Below are positions 1 through 12,605 of a DNA stretch of 64,000 bases, one piece after another. The position numbers were made by a program, and so were the translations under genes. This stretch comes from Octopus vulgaris (lineage: Eukaryota). A model generated the notes under the pieces. The model saw only the letters and a list, made by a program, of their open reading frames with translations, was not told the origin of the DNA and searched no databases. Position 1 is the first letter of the stretch, and every line of letters starts with the position of its first letter. The DNA is taken from NCBI GenBank assembly GCA_951406725.2, contig OX597837.1:620001-684000 (forward strand), in the 5' to 3' direction.

Positions 1-204
1 TGTGTATATGTATACGGTGGAATGGTTCGATAAAAAAATATCAAGTGGTGAATTGTAACGAATGGAAGGAAAACGTATAGAAATATCATATTAGACAGTA
101 TCATATTAGATTTTAAAACTAGCTATTTTGGTCGTTACGAGATCCACGACTGTCTGTTTATATATTGTAAGATTGAGTAACTACCATCTCTAACCGGCAG
201 GTAT

Positions 205-249
205 CCGGCACCGATGACAGGAAACGACCTAGAAACCATGGTCTACTGG
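205..249 (+). ncRNA. Minimal type I hammerhead ribozyme-like fold, variant CCGAUGA core
   Basis: CCGGCA-CCGATGA(211-217)-c AGG aaacga CCT a-GAAA-CCATGG-TC^TACTGG. Stem III is palindromic (ACCATGGT). Stem I is imperfect (one mismatch, one G-U). Confidence 0.5.
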
Positions 250-468
250 TCCTGCTAAAGTTAGAGAGGAGTAGTTCGCTCCCTTGCTCACAATATAGCA
301 GACGCAGGTTGTGCGCCGATAACCTGCTGGAAAAGATGTTATCCTGGGGTTAAAAAGGAGTAACATAGTTCAGTGTAGAACTGCCTCCTTATGTTGGCAA
401 ATAAAATTTACTGTTCGATGTCGTTACAACTTAAATCTCATTTAAAGATTTTAAACCTCTCTTGCTCG

Positions 469-519
<51 letters not shown>

Positions 520-893
520 CATGAAAATATGGAATGCGAAATACGAATATAAAGAGTATGAACTTTTTTTGTGAACAACGATGGAAACAAATGGAAAACA
601 AGACATGCAACATCAAGAACGAGCCTTCATCGCTTGCCGGCTGTTTTTCTAATCCGTATTTCGAGCATGTCACGACACGAAACGCCTTCGATAAAATAGT
701 TGCTCCCACAAAGCAAGTTAAATCTAATTTGGGATTTTTCGGAGGGTCAAAATTGGTAACACCAACAGGATAGTGAAAACAAATAGGAAGGGCTGCTAAG
801 CCTAAACGAAGTGAGGTAGCTTGGACAGGAAACAAACTAAAACACGTCTGATTCATTGAGCTGTATCAGGAGGAAAGAAAGAAACACAAGTTA

Positions 894-936
<43 letters not shown>

Positions 937-989
937 CCGACGGAATGCTAGTAGATATATAAATATATGCACTGGAATTCCGTCGGTTA

Positions 990-1130
990 AGACGAGCTGA
1001 TGCGATGAACGGAAGAGGACTGGGGCAACGTGAAATAAAGTGTCTTGCCCAAGGATACAACGCATCACGGGGAATTGAACTCACGACCTTACGATTGTGA
1101 GCCGAATACCCCTAGCCACTAAGCCACATA
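990..1130 (-). mobile_element. tRNA-derived SINE, 5' part
   Basis: Minus strand reads GTGGCTTAGTGG (A box) ... GTGAGTTCAATTCCCC (B box) ... CCTTGGGCAAGACACTTTATTTCAC. Related copy at 27690-27962. Confidence 0.7.
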
Positions 1131-1203
1131 CAAAAATATCTTAAATGCATATACATAAATTTCTATACACATATGTATATATACACGTGTATATACACGT
1201 GTG

Positions 1204-1263
<60 letters not shown>

Positions 1264-1802
1264 TAGATAGATAGATAGATAGATATGTACATCAATACAC
1301 ACCGCGTATTTGCATAGGTTGTGTGTATATATGTATGAAACATTTATAGGTAGATGCATGCCTTAGGGTAACTTATGTACGCAGGTATACACAGCCATAC
1401 ACAGCCAATTGGAATCCAACTATTCAGTTACACACCTTAACCCGTGTCAATAAGCAATCGAGCTCATCTTTGTCTGGAAATCATCCTGAAGGGAACGTCA
1501 GCATCACCATCGGCAAGAAGAATGCAAAAGCAACAGTAATCACGATAAGGATGACGGCGTCGGCAAAGACGACGACAACGGATGACCATGGCGATGATGA
1601 TGATGATACCGTCGATCATCATCATCATCATCATCATCGATTTCGATGTCTCGTCGTCATTATCCTGCTAGGTAAACAGGTAAACAGAAGTTTAATTACC
1701 CGCAACAGTAGAATAATAGGAGAAACATACAATTGAAGACAAACATAACAAACATAGGCACACAGGTACATGTATACGCACTTATGCACACGCACTCGAG
1801 AG

Positions 1803-1837
<35 letters not shown>

Positions 1838-1901
1838 TCATATATAAATGTGTATAAGTATTATGTATATATACATGAAAACATTTGTGTGTGTGTGTGT
1901 A

Positions 1902-2262
1902 TAGGTGTAGGAGTAGCTTGCTTACCAACAACATGGTTCCGGGTTCAGTCTCACTGCATGGCAACTTGATCAAGTGTCTTCTACTATAGCCTCGGGTCGA
2001 CCAAAGCCTTGTGAGTAGATTTGGTAGAAGGGAAACTAAAGGAAGCCCATCGTGTATATATATATGTGTGTGTGTGTGTGTTTATCTCACCGGCATTGCT
2101 TGACCACCGATGCTGGTGTGTTTACGTCCCCGTAATGTAGTGGTGCGGCAAAAGAAACCGATAGAATAAATACTAGGCTTAAAAATAGTAAGTCCTGGTG
2201 TCGATTTGTTCGACTAAGGGTGGTGCTCCAGCACTGTCGCAATCATATGCCTGAAACAAGAA
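1902..2262 (+). mobile_element. Octopus-type tRNA-derived SINE with internal microsatellite (family A)
   Basis: GGTTCCGGGTTCAGTC B-box-like head; shared blocks CTACTATAGCCTCGGG..AAAGCCTTGTGAGT..GGAAACT and GGTGCTCCAGCA..GAAACAAG. Many copies in the window. Confidence 0.85.
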
Positions 2263-2299
2263 TATATATATAAATATAATGTATATATACGCATATATG

Positions 2300-3030
2300 T
2301 ATGCGAGGTGTAGTCAAGAGGTATCTGACCTTTGACCAAAAAGTAATATTAGAAAACTCACAATATTGAATTAGTCTCCTTGAAAGTATTCGCTTTGAGA
2401 GTCTACACATTTCTGCAAGCGTCCCTGCTATTGTTGGAAACATTTCTAGAAATCACTTTTTCGGATGTTGTAGAGCTGTGCTGTCGAATTTTAGCTGAAT
2501 GTCCATTGATGGCTCAAATCTCCCATCGAATGTTTTGTTTTTGAGCTTTGGGAATAGCCAAAAGTCACACGGAGCCAAGTCTGGGAAGTAGGAAGCCTGA
2601 CGAACACGTGATGTGTTTTGCTTGATGAGGATTGTTTGGATGACGTGGGCGGAATAAACTGACCCACGGCTGATTCCAACTTCGGCAACAATCTTCTCAA
2701 TAGTCACTCGACAGACTTCATAGATTACTCCTCGAACCTTCGTTTTTTTTGCTAGTCGATAGTCTTCCACAGGGTGGCTCACTGCCCGCTGAGGTGCGGC
2801 CATCTTTGAACAGGTTGTACCCCTCCTTTATTTGTGGTATTCCATAGCATCATCTCTAAAGGTGTTCTAAATCTTCTCGATAGTTTGCGCTTGCCTATCA
2901 CCAAGTTTTTGGCAGAATTTGATCGAGTATCTTTCCTCAATGCGCTTAGTCATCTTGACTGTAAAAGAAAAATTGCAGAGCACACTCTTCTCGTCTGCAC
3001 TCAACGCGTCACTGCAAGCGAATGGAACAA
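2300..3030 (-). mobile_element. Mariner transposon remnant, internally deleted
   Basis: ORF 2453-2803 contains YFPDLAPCDFWLFPKLK (mariner YSPDLAPxD motif) and HTH-like TIEKIVAEVGISRGSV. Confidence 0.8.
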
Positions 3031-3056
3031 CTTAGAGACACGAAATTGTTCTTGTC

Positions 3057-3190
3057 CTTGTTGTTGTCGTCATCGTTGTTGTTGTTGTTGTTGCTCTTCT
3101 TCTTCTTCTTCTTCTTCTTCTTCTTCTTCTTCTTCTTCTTCTTCTTCTTCTTCTTCTTCTTCTTCTTCTTCTTCTTCTTCTTCTTCTTCT
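3057..3190. repeat. (TTG)n/(TTC)n microsatellite
   Basis: Direct reading; explains the poly-S/F/R ORFs. Confidence 0.95.
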
Positions 3191-3337
3191 CCTCCCCCTC
3201 CTCACCGTTATTATTATTTTGCAGCCATTATGACACTGCAACCTCTTTAGAATACCACACTTTCCTTAATGTATAAGTATGGCTTCTTTTTCGTGCCTAA
3301 ACAAATTAACTGCTACATCAACGACCCCTGCATTTAC

Positions 3338-3374
<37 letters not shown>

Positions 3375-3600
3375 CATGCACACACACACGCATTTATATA
3401 TGTACATATATATATATTCATGCAATATATATATACATACATACATTTATACATACACGTATACATATATATGAATCTCTCTCTCTCTATATATATATAT
3501 ATATACATACGCAAATACATACATATACTTGTATTCACGTATCTATGGATGCCCATGCTTTGGTACAATATATTTGTATATATGTAAATATATATATACG

Positions 3601-3716
<116 letters not shown>

Positions 3717-4277
3717 ATATATATACTTGTATACATATACACACCTATCTATAATGCACCTCTGCATGATACATTTTGCAGCGTCTCTTCTTTCTTGTCT
3801 TTCTTGGTCCTTTTCCCATGGTTGCTTCCGAAGACCCATTCTTTCGCAATGTAGCTAACACCATTACCTCTTTCCCTTTTTAATCTTTGAATGTTATCCA
3901 AATATTTTTTTTATTTATTTAATGTTTTATGGCATTTAAGGAATATTTTTCTCTATTTTCTGAAATTCCTTTTATGCAACACAATTCTTCTCTCTCCACC
4001 TTCTCTCTGTCTCTATCCCTCTCTCTCACTTCTTTCCCCTCTCTCTCTGTCTGTCGGTCTCTCTTTCTCTCTCTCTCTCACACCGTTTCTTCCGTTCGTT
4101 TTTATCGCCGTTCATCCGTTTTTCAGTGTAGAATCACAGCATGGACAACAACAGCAACCACTCTCGTACCAGTATTTTGTATTAATTCAAGTATTCGCAA
4201 TATACAACAACGACAATAACAAGAATTACTACTACTACTACTACTACTACTGCTACTGCTGCTGCTGCTGATATTAA

Positions 4278-4703
4278 TTCTTTTCTACTCTTTGCACAAG
4301 GCCCGAAATTTTGGAGGCGGGGTCCAGCCGATTAGATCGACTCCAATCCGCAACTGGTACTTAATTTATCGATCCCGAAAGGATGAAAGGCAAAGTCGAC
4401 CTCGGCGGAATTTGAACTCGCCGTCCTGATGATGATATTAATTCATCATAATGATTTCTCCGATATGATATATATTTCTTTACTACCCACATGGGGCTAA
4501 ACATAGAGGGGACAAAAAGGACAGACAAAGGGATTAAGTCGATTACATCGACCCCAGTGCGAAACTGGTACTTTATTTATCGACCCCGAAGGGATGAAAG
4601 GCACAGTCGACCTCGGCGGAATTTGAACTCAGAACGTAGCAGCAGACGAAATACTGCTAAGCATTTCGCCGGGCGCGCTAACGTTTCTGCCAGCTCGCCG
4701 CCT
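4278..4703 (-). mobile_element. Two adjacent copies of tRNA-derived SINE family B (MetaSINE-like central domain)
   Basis: Both 4278-4420 and 4477-4703 contain the reverse complement of GAGTTCAAATTCCGCCGAGGTCGAC..GCCTTTCATCC..TCGGG.TCGATAAA..AAGTACCAGT. Confidence 0.8.
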
Positions 4704-5294
4704 CCGATATGATATATGCATTATATACACATACATGCATACATACATTCGCACACGAACACACACACACACACATAAATATATAAAAAAAAATCATACA
4801 TATGCATACATATATACATACATATATAATTATGATTTTTAAAAAAAAACGATATAAAGCATGGAAGTGCTCGAGTCAAACCCGAGTCGTTAGACAAGTA
4901 CAAGAGATACAGAGAAGAGGTTGAACTCAGGCAGACTACGACTGGTGTATACATATACGGATTTAATATGATAGAGTTGTCTAAAACATATACTAATACA
5001 TTCGGAATATTAAGAGATAGAAATATAAAAATATATGAACGTTAAGAACGTGCATATTAAAAATATTTTTTTTTATGATTAACATTTTATTTCCAGTTTT
5101 CCCTGTTATAATTTGAAACCGCATGGCCAGGAGAACGTGAAGTCTTGTGTAAAACAAATAGAGAACAGGACGTTTTTTTTAAAGAGAAAAAGAGAAAGCA
5201 ACAGAAATAAAAATGTGTTAATAAATAAGAAAGAGAAGAGAGGGAAAAGGAGAAAAAAAAATAGAGTAAAATAAAATAGACTACACACACTCAA

Positions 5295-5680
5295 TCTCTC
5301 TCTATATAAACGGCAGTTTGTCTGTGCGTGTTTCTGTGTGTCTGTTTGCTTGTACCCTCACCCTGACCACGGCTTTCAACCGATTCTGATGAAACTTGAC
5401 ACACACATAGCCCAATGTCATAATTCAAAACTAACGCAGCGAAAATTTTGAAAAGTTCCCCCAGTTCTGAAAAAGAACGATAAATTCGACATGGGGTCGA
5501 GAATCAGGAATACGAACCACAAACTGTCTAGGGGACGCAACTCCACCTTTTTTAAATCTCAAAAAAAAATTTACCATCATTTTTTTCCATTTTTTTTGCT
5601 ATTTTTTGGCTATAACTCTCTAAAAGTGCTATATAGTTATTTCCCTTACAAACCTGAGCAACGCCGGGCGATACTGCTAG
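5295..5680 (+). mobile_element. Non-autonomous Helitron
   Basis: A^TC 5' end, subterminal GC-rich hairpin CCTGAGCAACGCCGGG, CTAG^T 3' end, no TSD. Near-identical copy at 61199-61585. Confidence 0.85.
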
Positions 5681-5689
5681 TCACTCATA

Positions 5690-7460
5690 AAATCCAAATA
5701 CAAGAAGTAACACTAGAGGACCACCACGTGTTTGCAAACTCAAGGTAGAGGCTCCATCTTTTTTTATAAAATTCCTCTTGCTTGTTTTCATTGTATGATC
5801 TGTTGTTTTTTCTTTTTCCAATTCGATATCTGTCTTGCACAAAGTATCTGAAATGTATGTATATAAAAAATTTTGCTTATAATATTAGCAAGTGAAAGAT
5901 GCCATCAGTATATGTGTTTTTTCTCAATCCGAATAGAATGGGCGAATGGGCTGTGGGTCAAGTTTCATGTTGCGAACAGGCTTGCACTTTTCATACAGCA
6001 AATCTAAGAAGCGTTGCCTTCTGGCAATTCACATACACAATACCTGTACACATTCACAATACCAGAAAAGGTGTGACACCGTCTCCACCTCCTGTTGACA
6101 AAACGTGCACAGGTTGCTTTCAGCCAGTTTAATCTTGAATAATAGAGAATTAGTTGCTAAAATATTATGCATAATTTTAAACTGGAACCATCGTATTTGT
6201 TGTCTTTGTAGGTAGAAAAAATATGTTTTCCCATTCCAGTTCACCAAGCATACACTCTTGCCATTTGTGTTTGAATATCAAACAAGTCTCAACATTGTTT
6301 AAAGCATAGTAATATCGTTTGGCTCCTTTCCTAACAGACATGAGCTTTCCGATAGCTGTATTATCCTCTAAATGTTGGAAAGCAGTAGGTTTGCTTATTT
6401 TAAACTTTGTTTGGTAGCTTTTAATCGCCCTTATAAGCTCATTATACTGGAGAAAATTTGTATCTAGTTTTTAAAAATTCTGGAATTCTTCTTGGGTACG
6501 GTAAGATCCATCTAAATTGATAAAGACACGAATCTTGCTAACACCTCTCTCAAACCACGCAGGAAAGAAGATTACCTCTTTACCGACCCTTAAGTGTTTA
6601 TTAAAGTGAATTGGTTCTGTTAAGAATCAATCAAATGAATTAGTCTCCATCTTATTTGTAAACTTGTCAAAGGCAGAAATACAATCATACAAAAAATCAT
6701 TCTTGATTGTGTAAGCGAGTTCGCCCGGGAAAATGTTACCAAATTCAGCAAATTTTTCAGTTTTATGGAGGAGGCATGGTATAAATGTTTCCATTTAGAT
6801 TCATCGTGAATGTCTAGCAACTTTCTCGTCCAGGATAGTTTTAAAGAGCTGACATAAGCAAAAGCTTCGAATTTACCAAGCCCACCTTCTTTAACAGGCT
6901 TGTAAGCCACTGCTCTCTTAATTTTATGCTGTTTTCCACTTCAGAGGAATTAGAATGATATTTTGTTTAGTTCCTGGAGAAATGTACCCGGTGGATTTGG
7001 GAGAGTAAGGAAGAGCTTGTTCAATTTTGAAATGAGTAGTGACTTTATAACCGCAATTATACAGTGTGGTGTAATTTTCTCAGACATATTAACTGAACTA
7101 GTATCTCTGTCAGGATCTAAAGTGGGGGTGTATTGCTTAACCACGCTGCTAATGGTTTTCTTCACCGCTGAGACGTATTTGGGATCTCTTAAAAGGGAGT
7201 TATTAAATTTCCAATATGTAGTTGTACGGTCTTCTTTAGAAAATTTCATTTTGATGTCTACAATAGAATGGTCTTATCTGTACCCAACGTTTATAGAGGA
7301 CTGACAAATAAATGAATACAAATTCTGTGAAACCAGGAAGAAGTCTAGCCTTGCTTGTCTAATAGGCTTTGAACGTCTCCTCGTGTAGCCTTGTGCTTTT
7401 GGGATATGATCTCTCCAAATATCTACAAGGTGGACGTCCCCTATCATATCTACCACTTGC
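5690..7460 (-). mobile_element. L1/Tx1-clade LINE ORF2 remnant lacking the RT domain
   Basis: APE endonuclease C-half (LVDIWRD..YT..ARLDFFLVS, WKFNNSLL) joined to post-RT motifs (KSLLISKL, EGGLG, FQFKIMHNILATN..CTFCQQEVETVSHLFWYC). Confidence 0.85.
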
Positions 7461-7465
7461 TTTAT

Positions 7466-7930
7466 TGCTTCTGATCTTTACTGATTGGAAGTGTCATCAT
7501 GTACATTGTTTTGTCTTGGTATGAAAGATGGCCGACAGCAAATATTCTGCTCAATACCACAGATTTGCTTGTCAGCTGTTTGACCTTAGTGTGTGCATCT
7601 CTGATCATCAGCAGAAGCAGTCGTGGAGCATCATAGCCATGTGTTGAGAGGAATTCTTGGGGTTTAGAGAATTCACCTTTGAAAACCTGAGTGTTCAATA
7701 TCCTTAAGCAACCCTTATTCAGGGAATTTTGAGCGGGATGGGTTAATCAACCTGAAGAAAATTCTAACTGGGTCCCAGCTGCAAGGTCATTCGCTGTTTA
7801 TCTTGATATGAGATCACCATGTTGTGCACAAGTGGTTGTGAGGCATGTGCCTGGTGTACACTTATCAGACGGGTATACTGGGCTTCGCATATTTTACGCC
7901 AGTATCACTTTGATGGTATGCTCTCTCACA
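7466..7930. repeat. Dispersed ~470-bp repeat, unclassified
   Basis: Clearly homologous to 45605-46098 (CTGATTGGAAGTG.CATCATGTACATTGTTTTGTCTTGGTAT.AAAGATGG...). Both copies sit next to TAA/TGA repeats. Confidence 0.75.
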
Positions 7931-8049
7931 CAATAATAATGATGATGATGGCACTAGCTCTCATACGGGTTATTATACACGGAATACTCAGCTACTTAGA
8001 CATTAGTTTAAAGAGTCAAGCGTGTTGTTGCTCAAATAACTGGACATAT

Positions 8050-8640
8050 GGTTTCTGATCTTCGAAACCGGACCTGCCTGAAAAGATAACGAGAATCTCC
8101 TGTGGAGAGCTTTGATTTACTGTGGCCTAGAGGTCTTCACGTCTTGAAGCTAACAAAATGTGCCAGTTACCTCGGCTCCCCGTTTCGCTTAATGCATCAT
8201 TCCACGTTCTCTCAATCAGCGATATGTTCCTATTGCTTCTTTGATATCTTTTTTGTGCGTTCTCTCTGTCTCTTCTCACAGTTTTTTTTTAACGCCGAAG
8301 GATTTGGTGAGTGAGTCTTTCATGTGGTAATCGTATTACGTGAACCCAGCTTGCTTAGACAGCGTTTGCACACAAAGTTAGACAGAGGAGGCTAGTTGGC
8401 TCGTTGCCGCGCCTCCCGGTTGGTGACGAAGTCGCTCCATTTGACGCCAAGAATTTTACGTATGCTCCTACTGTCAAAAGTGTCCAGTCTCTTCTCTTGG
8501 GCGATTTTAATCAGTTACCCATAAAGCCGACTGCACATTATTATTGTAAAACGTCTTGATACTTAGAGATAACGTTTTGCTCCTCCAGATCCTTTCAAGC
8601 TGGTTGAATTCTGCAGTGCAGCTCCTTGTTAACGTTTCCG
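8050..8640 (-). mobile_element. RTE-clade LINE C-terminal fragment
   Basis: Minus-strand translation gives FNQLERIWRSKTLS and RLDTFDSRSIRKILGVKWSDFVTN, typical RTE post-RT motifs. Confidence 0.75.
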
Positions 8641-8909
8641 CTCCAGCGGTGTGATAAAGGAGTCAAACAGGATGACATCATATGCCCACTACCATAAGAT
8701 GGATAAGTGTTTCTGCATAAAATATTTAACACAAATACGATACATTACAAGAGTATTAGAGGAATAATCGGTTTTACAGGACACATTCGATATGCCCTTC
8801 CACATTTTCAAAACGAAATGATGCGATTAAAGAGGGATTTTTCTGGTATTTCTAGCTGATGAAGATGGTGTTTAAAGGCTCCCGTAACTTATTATTGTTG
8901 CTGTTGTAA

Positions 8910-9135
8910 ACGCGCTGATCTGGCAGAACCGTTAGCACACCGAGCAAAATTCTTAGCGGTGTTTCGTCCGTCATGTACGTTCTGAGTTCAAATTCTGCCG
9001 AGGTCGACTTTGCCTTTCATCCTTTCGGAGTCGATAAATCAAGTACCAGTTGTGTACTGGGGGTCGATCTAATCGACTGGGCTCCTCCCCCAAAACTTCG
9101 GGCCTTGTGCCTAGAGTTGAAAAGATTATTATTAC
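8910..9135 (+). mobile_element. tRNA-derived SINE family B
   Basis: CTGGCAGAACCGTTAGC head, GAGTTCAAATTC B box, GCCTTTCATCCTTTCGGAGTCGATAAA core, (ATT)n tail. Confidence 0.85.
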
Positions 9136-9611
9136 TGTTGTTGTTGATCACCCCAACCAAGACGTTGTATATCACGGGAACACATTGTCAAAACTAGCAG
9201 TTATTTCCTTAATAATAGTTTGATATGAGAGACATGTGGCTGTTATTTCTATCATACTGGATGACCATGTAAATGATCTATCACTGGAATGCATAAATAC
9301 CTGTAATAAGCACTGGAGCGTTCATTTCGATCCATCCACTGTATATCGATCTTGCATCCCTGTGTAGACTCTCGACCTGTTAACGATGTTATAAAAAGTA
9401 AAGCTTAAAACTATATCATCAACAACATGATCAATAACAAGAAAAACTACAGCAAAGCAATAAAAACAAATATGATCTTCGTTTGGCCAGGAGCCAAACG
9501 AAGATCGTATCTCGAATTCTCGAATTTATAATTAATCCGTAGGTTTGGGTGTGCGTGAGCGTATGTTTGTATGAATGCATGTGTAATGTACATGTATGTT
9601 ACATGGATATA

Positions 9612-9665
<54 letters not shown>

Positions 9666-9975
9666 TAGATTTCCATGTGTGTATCCATGGGGCTCTGCCT
9701 GTGCGTGTGTATATATCTATGTTCGTTATTGGTTTTTTCTTTCAAATCTCTCCCCAATGCAGAAAGTGTTGCTTTCTAAAGTAGAAACAAAACTCTTTCA
9801 TTGGAATTTAGACATTAACCCAGAGGCAGTTTTGTACGTATGTTTGTCATTATTCAGTTTATTTCAAGATTTCTTTCCAATAAAGAACCGGTTTCTAACC
9901 TAGATCCAAGGCTCCTTCATTGGAATTTTAACATCAACAACAGGGTATGTATGTATGTATGTATGTATGTGTGTG

Positions 9976-10007
<32 letters not shown>

Positions 10008-11084
10008 TGTATTCTTATGCATATAGTTGCATATCTTATATATGTATGTATATATAAACACACACATGCATAAGCACATATGCACATGGGAGTGAATGGT
10101 GGATGTCATGACATATTAGATCTTATTACTTGCTGAACTTTATGAATCTTTTACATATTTTAACAGTACCTTTGGCTGTAATAGTAATCTTCTCATTAGG
10201 TGGGTTCCTCCTGATTTTGCGAATCACAGCTTCTCAAGAGTGATAGTGAGATAGTTAGTCATGTGCAAAAAACAAAAAAAAAAAACCCCCAAAAAAACAT
10301 AAAAGAAAAAAAAAGAAAAAGTGGCTCTAAAGATAGTCTCTGGTGGAATACCGGTAGATTTCCCAACAGTTCGGCAGGGATCTTCATTTTGCTTTCATTT
10401 AATCTTTGATATTTTCTTAACATATTTTTAGGCAACTGATTTCAAATGTTGGGCATATTTTCTTTTATATCCTTGATTATTATCTCTGGTCTGTTGTGCT
10501 TATATTTTATTGAAGATTTCACGGAAACACAGCGAATTATGTATCTACATCACTCCAGCTTCCTATATTAATCTCCGCAGGTTATCCTTTCTACGGATTT
10601 CATTATATAATCTTTTAACCTACGAGACAGCATCTTTCATAGTTTGGTAGTACCGAGTGGAGACATCCTCAATGATAATTCCATAAAGGTTACAAATGCT
10701 TGCATGTGTGCATTTATGTGAGTATTTAAGCATGGGTGAGAGTATTTTGCAAGAAGATGTGAATATTTGCACGTAAATGTATGTCTTCGATTACATATTT
10801 CACGTTGCTCCAGTTCACTCAGCTGTAGAATTGAGTTGCGACGTCACTGGTGCTAAGCTGTATCGGACCCTTTGCCTTTACATTGGATAACATCGGTGGC
10901 ATGGAGAGGAGAGGCCGTAAAAATGGGTACCTGCTGCACTTTTACAAATCAACCTTGCCCGGACTTGTACCTCAGAAGGGAACCTTCTAGGTGCAATCCC
11001 ATGGTCATACATGACGGGGTCTTTTTCAGTTATATATTACGCTATATTCTGTTATTGTGTGTTTCAGCCTTCACCCTTTAACTG

Positions 11085-11320
11085 ACCGATTCTATGTGAC
11101 TGGCTTTTGGCGAAGGAGGGAGCTCAACACTGCTGTACTCTTTTGAGTTTTCTGTCTGGATATTGGTTCATCTGGGAGGTCAAGTTGTTTCTTGAAAACA
11201 TCTACCACCTCTCCATGGAGATCCCTCATATATTTTGGCAAGGTGTTAAATAGCTGTGGGCCCTTGAATCTCAAGCTATTACAGTACATGGTCCTCACCT
11301 TAGATGGTACAGCTGGGACT
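11085..11320 (-). mobile_element. CR1/L2-group LINE 3' fragment
   Basis: NSLRFKGPQLFNTLPKYMRDLHG..VDVFKKQLD..PDEP in ORF 11092-11298. Confidence 0.7.
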
Positions 11321-11329
11321 TTTTTTGAA

Positions 11330-11919
11330 CAGAAAATTACATATAATAGAAATATTAAATATAATATAAAAATAATATACCGATGATTAAGGAATGTGCA
11401 AAATAATAGTTAAAACGTATATACTTGGTAGAATAACGACACGTGTTTCGTGGCTATATTTAAGAAATGATTATAGTAAAAATATTAGTAGTAGTAGTAA
11501 AATCACTTCGATATAAATATAGCCATTCATCAGGTTAAAATAACTACAATAATAAAATATTTTTTTATTGTGTACGGCTTGTACTAGCATTGTGTATATT
11601 AATTAATTTTGAGGTTTTAGTATTAATTGCTTAATGGGTATTAGACTGTATTTGGAGGTTTATTAAATAAATATATTAATTAATAATATGATTTAATGTA
11701 TAGAGTTTAAAGTGTTGTATTTAGTTTTCACTTAATGTATATTTAGTAGCTTATATATTGGTTATAAGAGATAATGGTGTCATTGAGACCCAAAGGTGTC
11801 AGGTAATGCTGAATAAGTGCTATGGTAATATTGCGAATAAAGGGTTCAACGTTGGTTCTATGTTAGCGTATGTATATATAAATTTTTTGCGTAATATCCC
11901 ATTACGCAAAAAATTCACG

Positions 11920-11925
<6 letters not shown>
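11330..11925 (-). mobile_element. Penelope-like element 3' remnant with hammerhead
   Basis: Minus-strand KFIYTYANIEPTLN resembles the GIY-YIG C-terminal FI..xPxLN motif. It is followed by an AT-rich UTR with a canonical hammerhead; (TA)n flank. Confidence 0.55.
11434..11537 (-). ncRNA. Type I hammerhead ribozyme, long stem II
   Basis: TAAC-CTGATGA(11533-11527)-a TGGCTATATTTA...TAAATATAGCCA c-GAAAC ACGT GTC^GTTA. Perfect 12-bp stem II, palindromic stem III. Confidence 0.8.
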
Positions 11926-11949
<24 letters not shown>

Positions 11950-11971
<22 letters not shown>

Positions 11972-12180
11972 GGCAAAACGTCTGTGTGTGTGTGTATCCT
12001 TTATACAAATCCACAATTTTTCAGTTAGAGGGCTCGAACTTTCTATGGTCATTCAAAACCGTCCAAGGGTGGTTATGAAGATCTTTTCCTTTCCCAGTTA
12101 CCCCTGAAAGCCATTAAAAAAATCGATAAACCGACCCCTTATGTTTAATTTTTCATTTTGAATTGATTAAAGGTTTTTTT
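11950..12180 (+). mobile_element. Helitron-like 5' fragment
   Basis: TATATGTAAACGGCAAAACGTCTGTGTG start resembles the 5' end of the 5295 element; no 3' CTAG end. Confidence 0.45.
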
Positions 12181-12205
12181 TCTAATTTATATATATATAT
12201 ATATA

Positions 12206-12604
12206 CTAGCAGTATCGCCCGGCGTTGCTCGGGTTGTAAGGGAAATAACTATATAAGCATTTTTAGAGAGTTATAGCCAAAAAATAGCAAAATAAAAAAA
12301 TAGCATTAAAAATTGAAAAAAAATTAAGGTAAATTTTTTTTAAATCGTTGACACATCGTAGATATTTTTAGAGAGTTACTTCCCTTATATAAAAGCGAAA
12401 AAAATGCATTAAAATGGAAAAATATGATGGTAAATTTTTTTAAATCGTAGACTCATCGTAGACGCGCGCTAATACCCAGAAGGGCTCGATATGAATCACG
12501 ACTATAAGATACCCGCTTTTGGTTAAACTGCACCGCAAAATGTGGGAGTAATTACGAATGTAAATCGAAGGGGACAGACACACAACTTCACTCTTATATA
12601 AAGA
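12206..12604 (-). mobile_element. Non-autonomous Helitron, second family sharing the 3' end
   Basis: Minus strand A^TCTTTATAT ... CCCGAGCAACGCCGGGCGATACTGCTAG^T. Confidence 0.8.
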
Positions 12605-12605
12605 T

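Noticed and set aside
795-855. CTAAACGA...AAAACACGTC hammerhead-like spacing
   Set aside because: Both core segments deviate and stem I does not pair.
990-1130. tRNA genes suggested by A/B boxes
   Set aside because: The boxes belong to SINE heads that continue into family-specific bodies; no complete cloverleaf.
10574-10690. Possible exon after CTCCGCAG acceptor
   Set aside because: Stops in all three frames before a plausible donor.
11375-11425. Plus-strand CCGATGA...AAAACGTA next to the minus-strand hammerhead (ambisense pair)
   Set aside because: Lacks G12 and stem II is only weak AT pairing; likely chance in AT-rich DNA.
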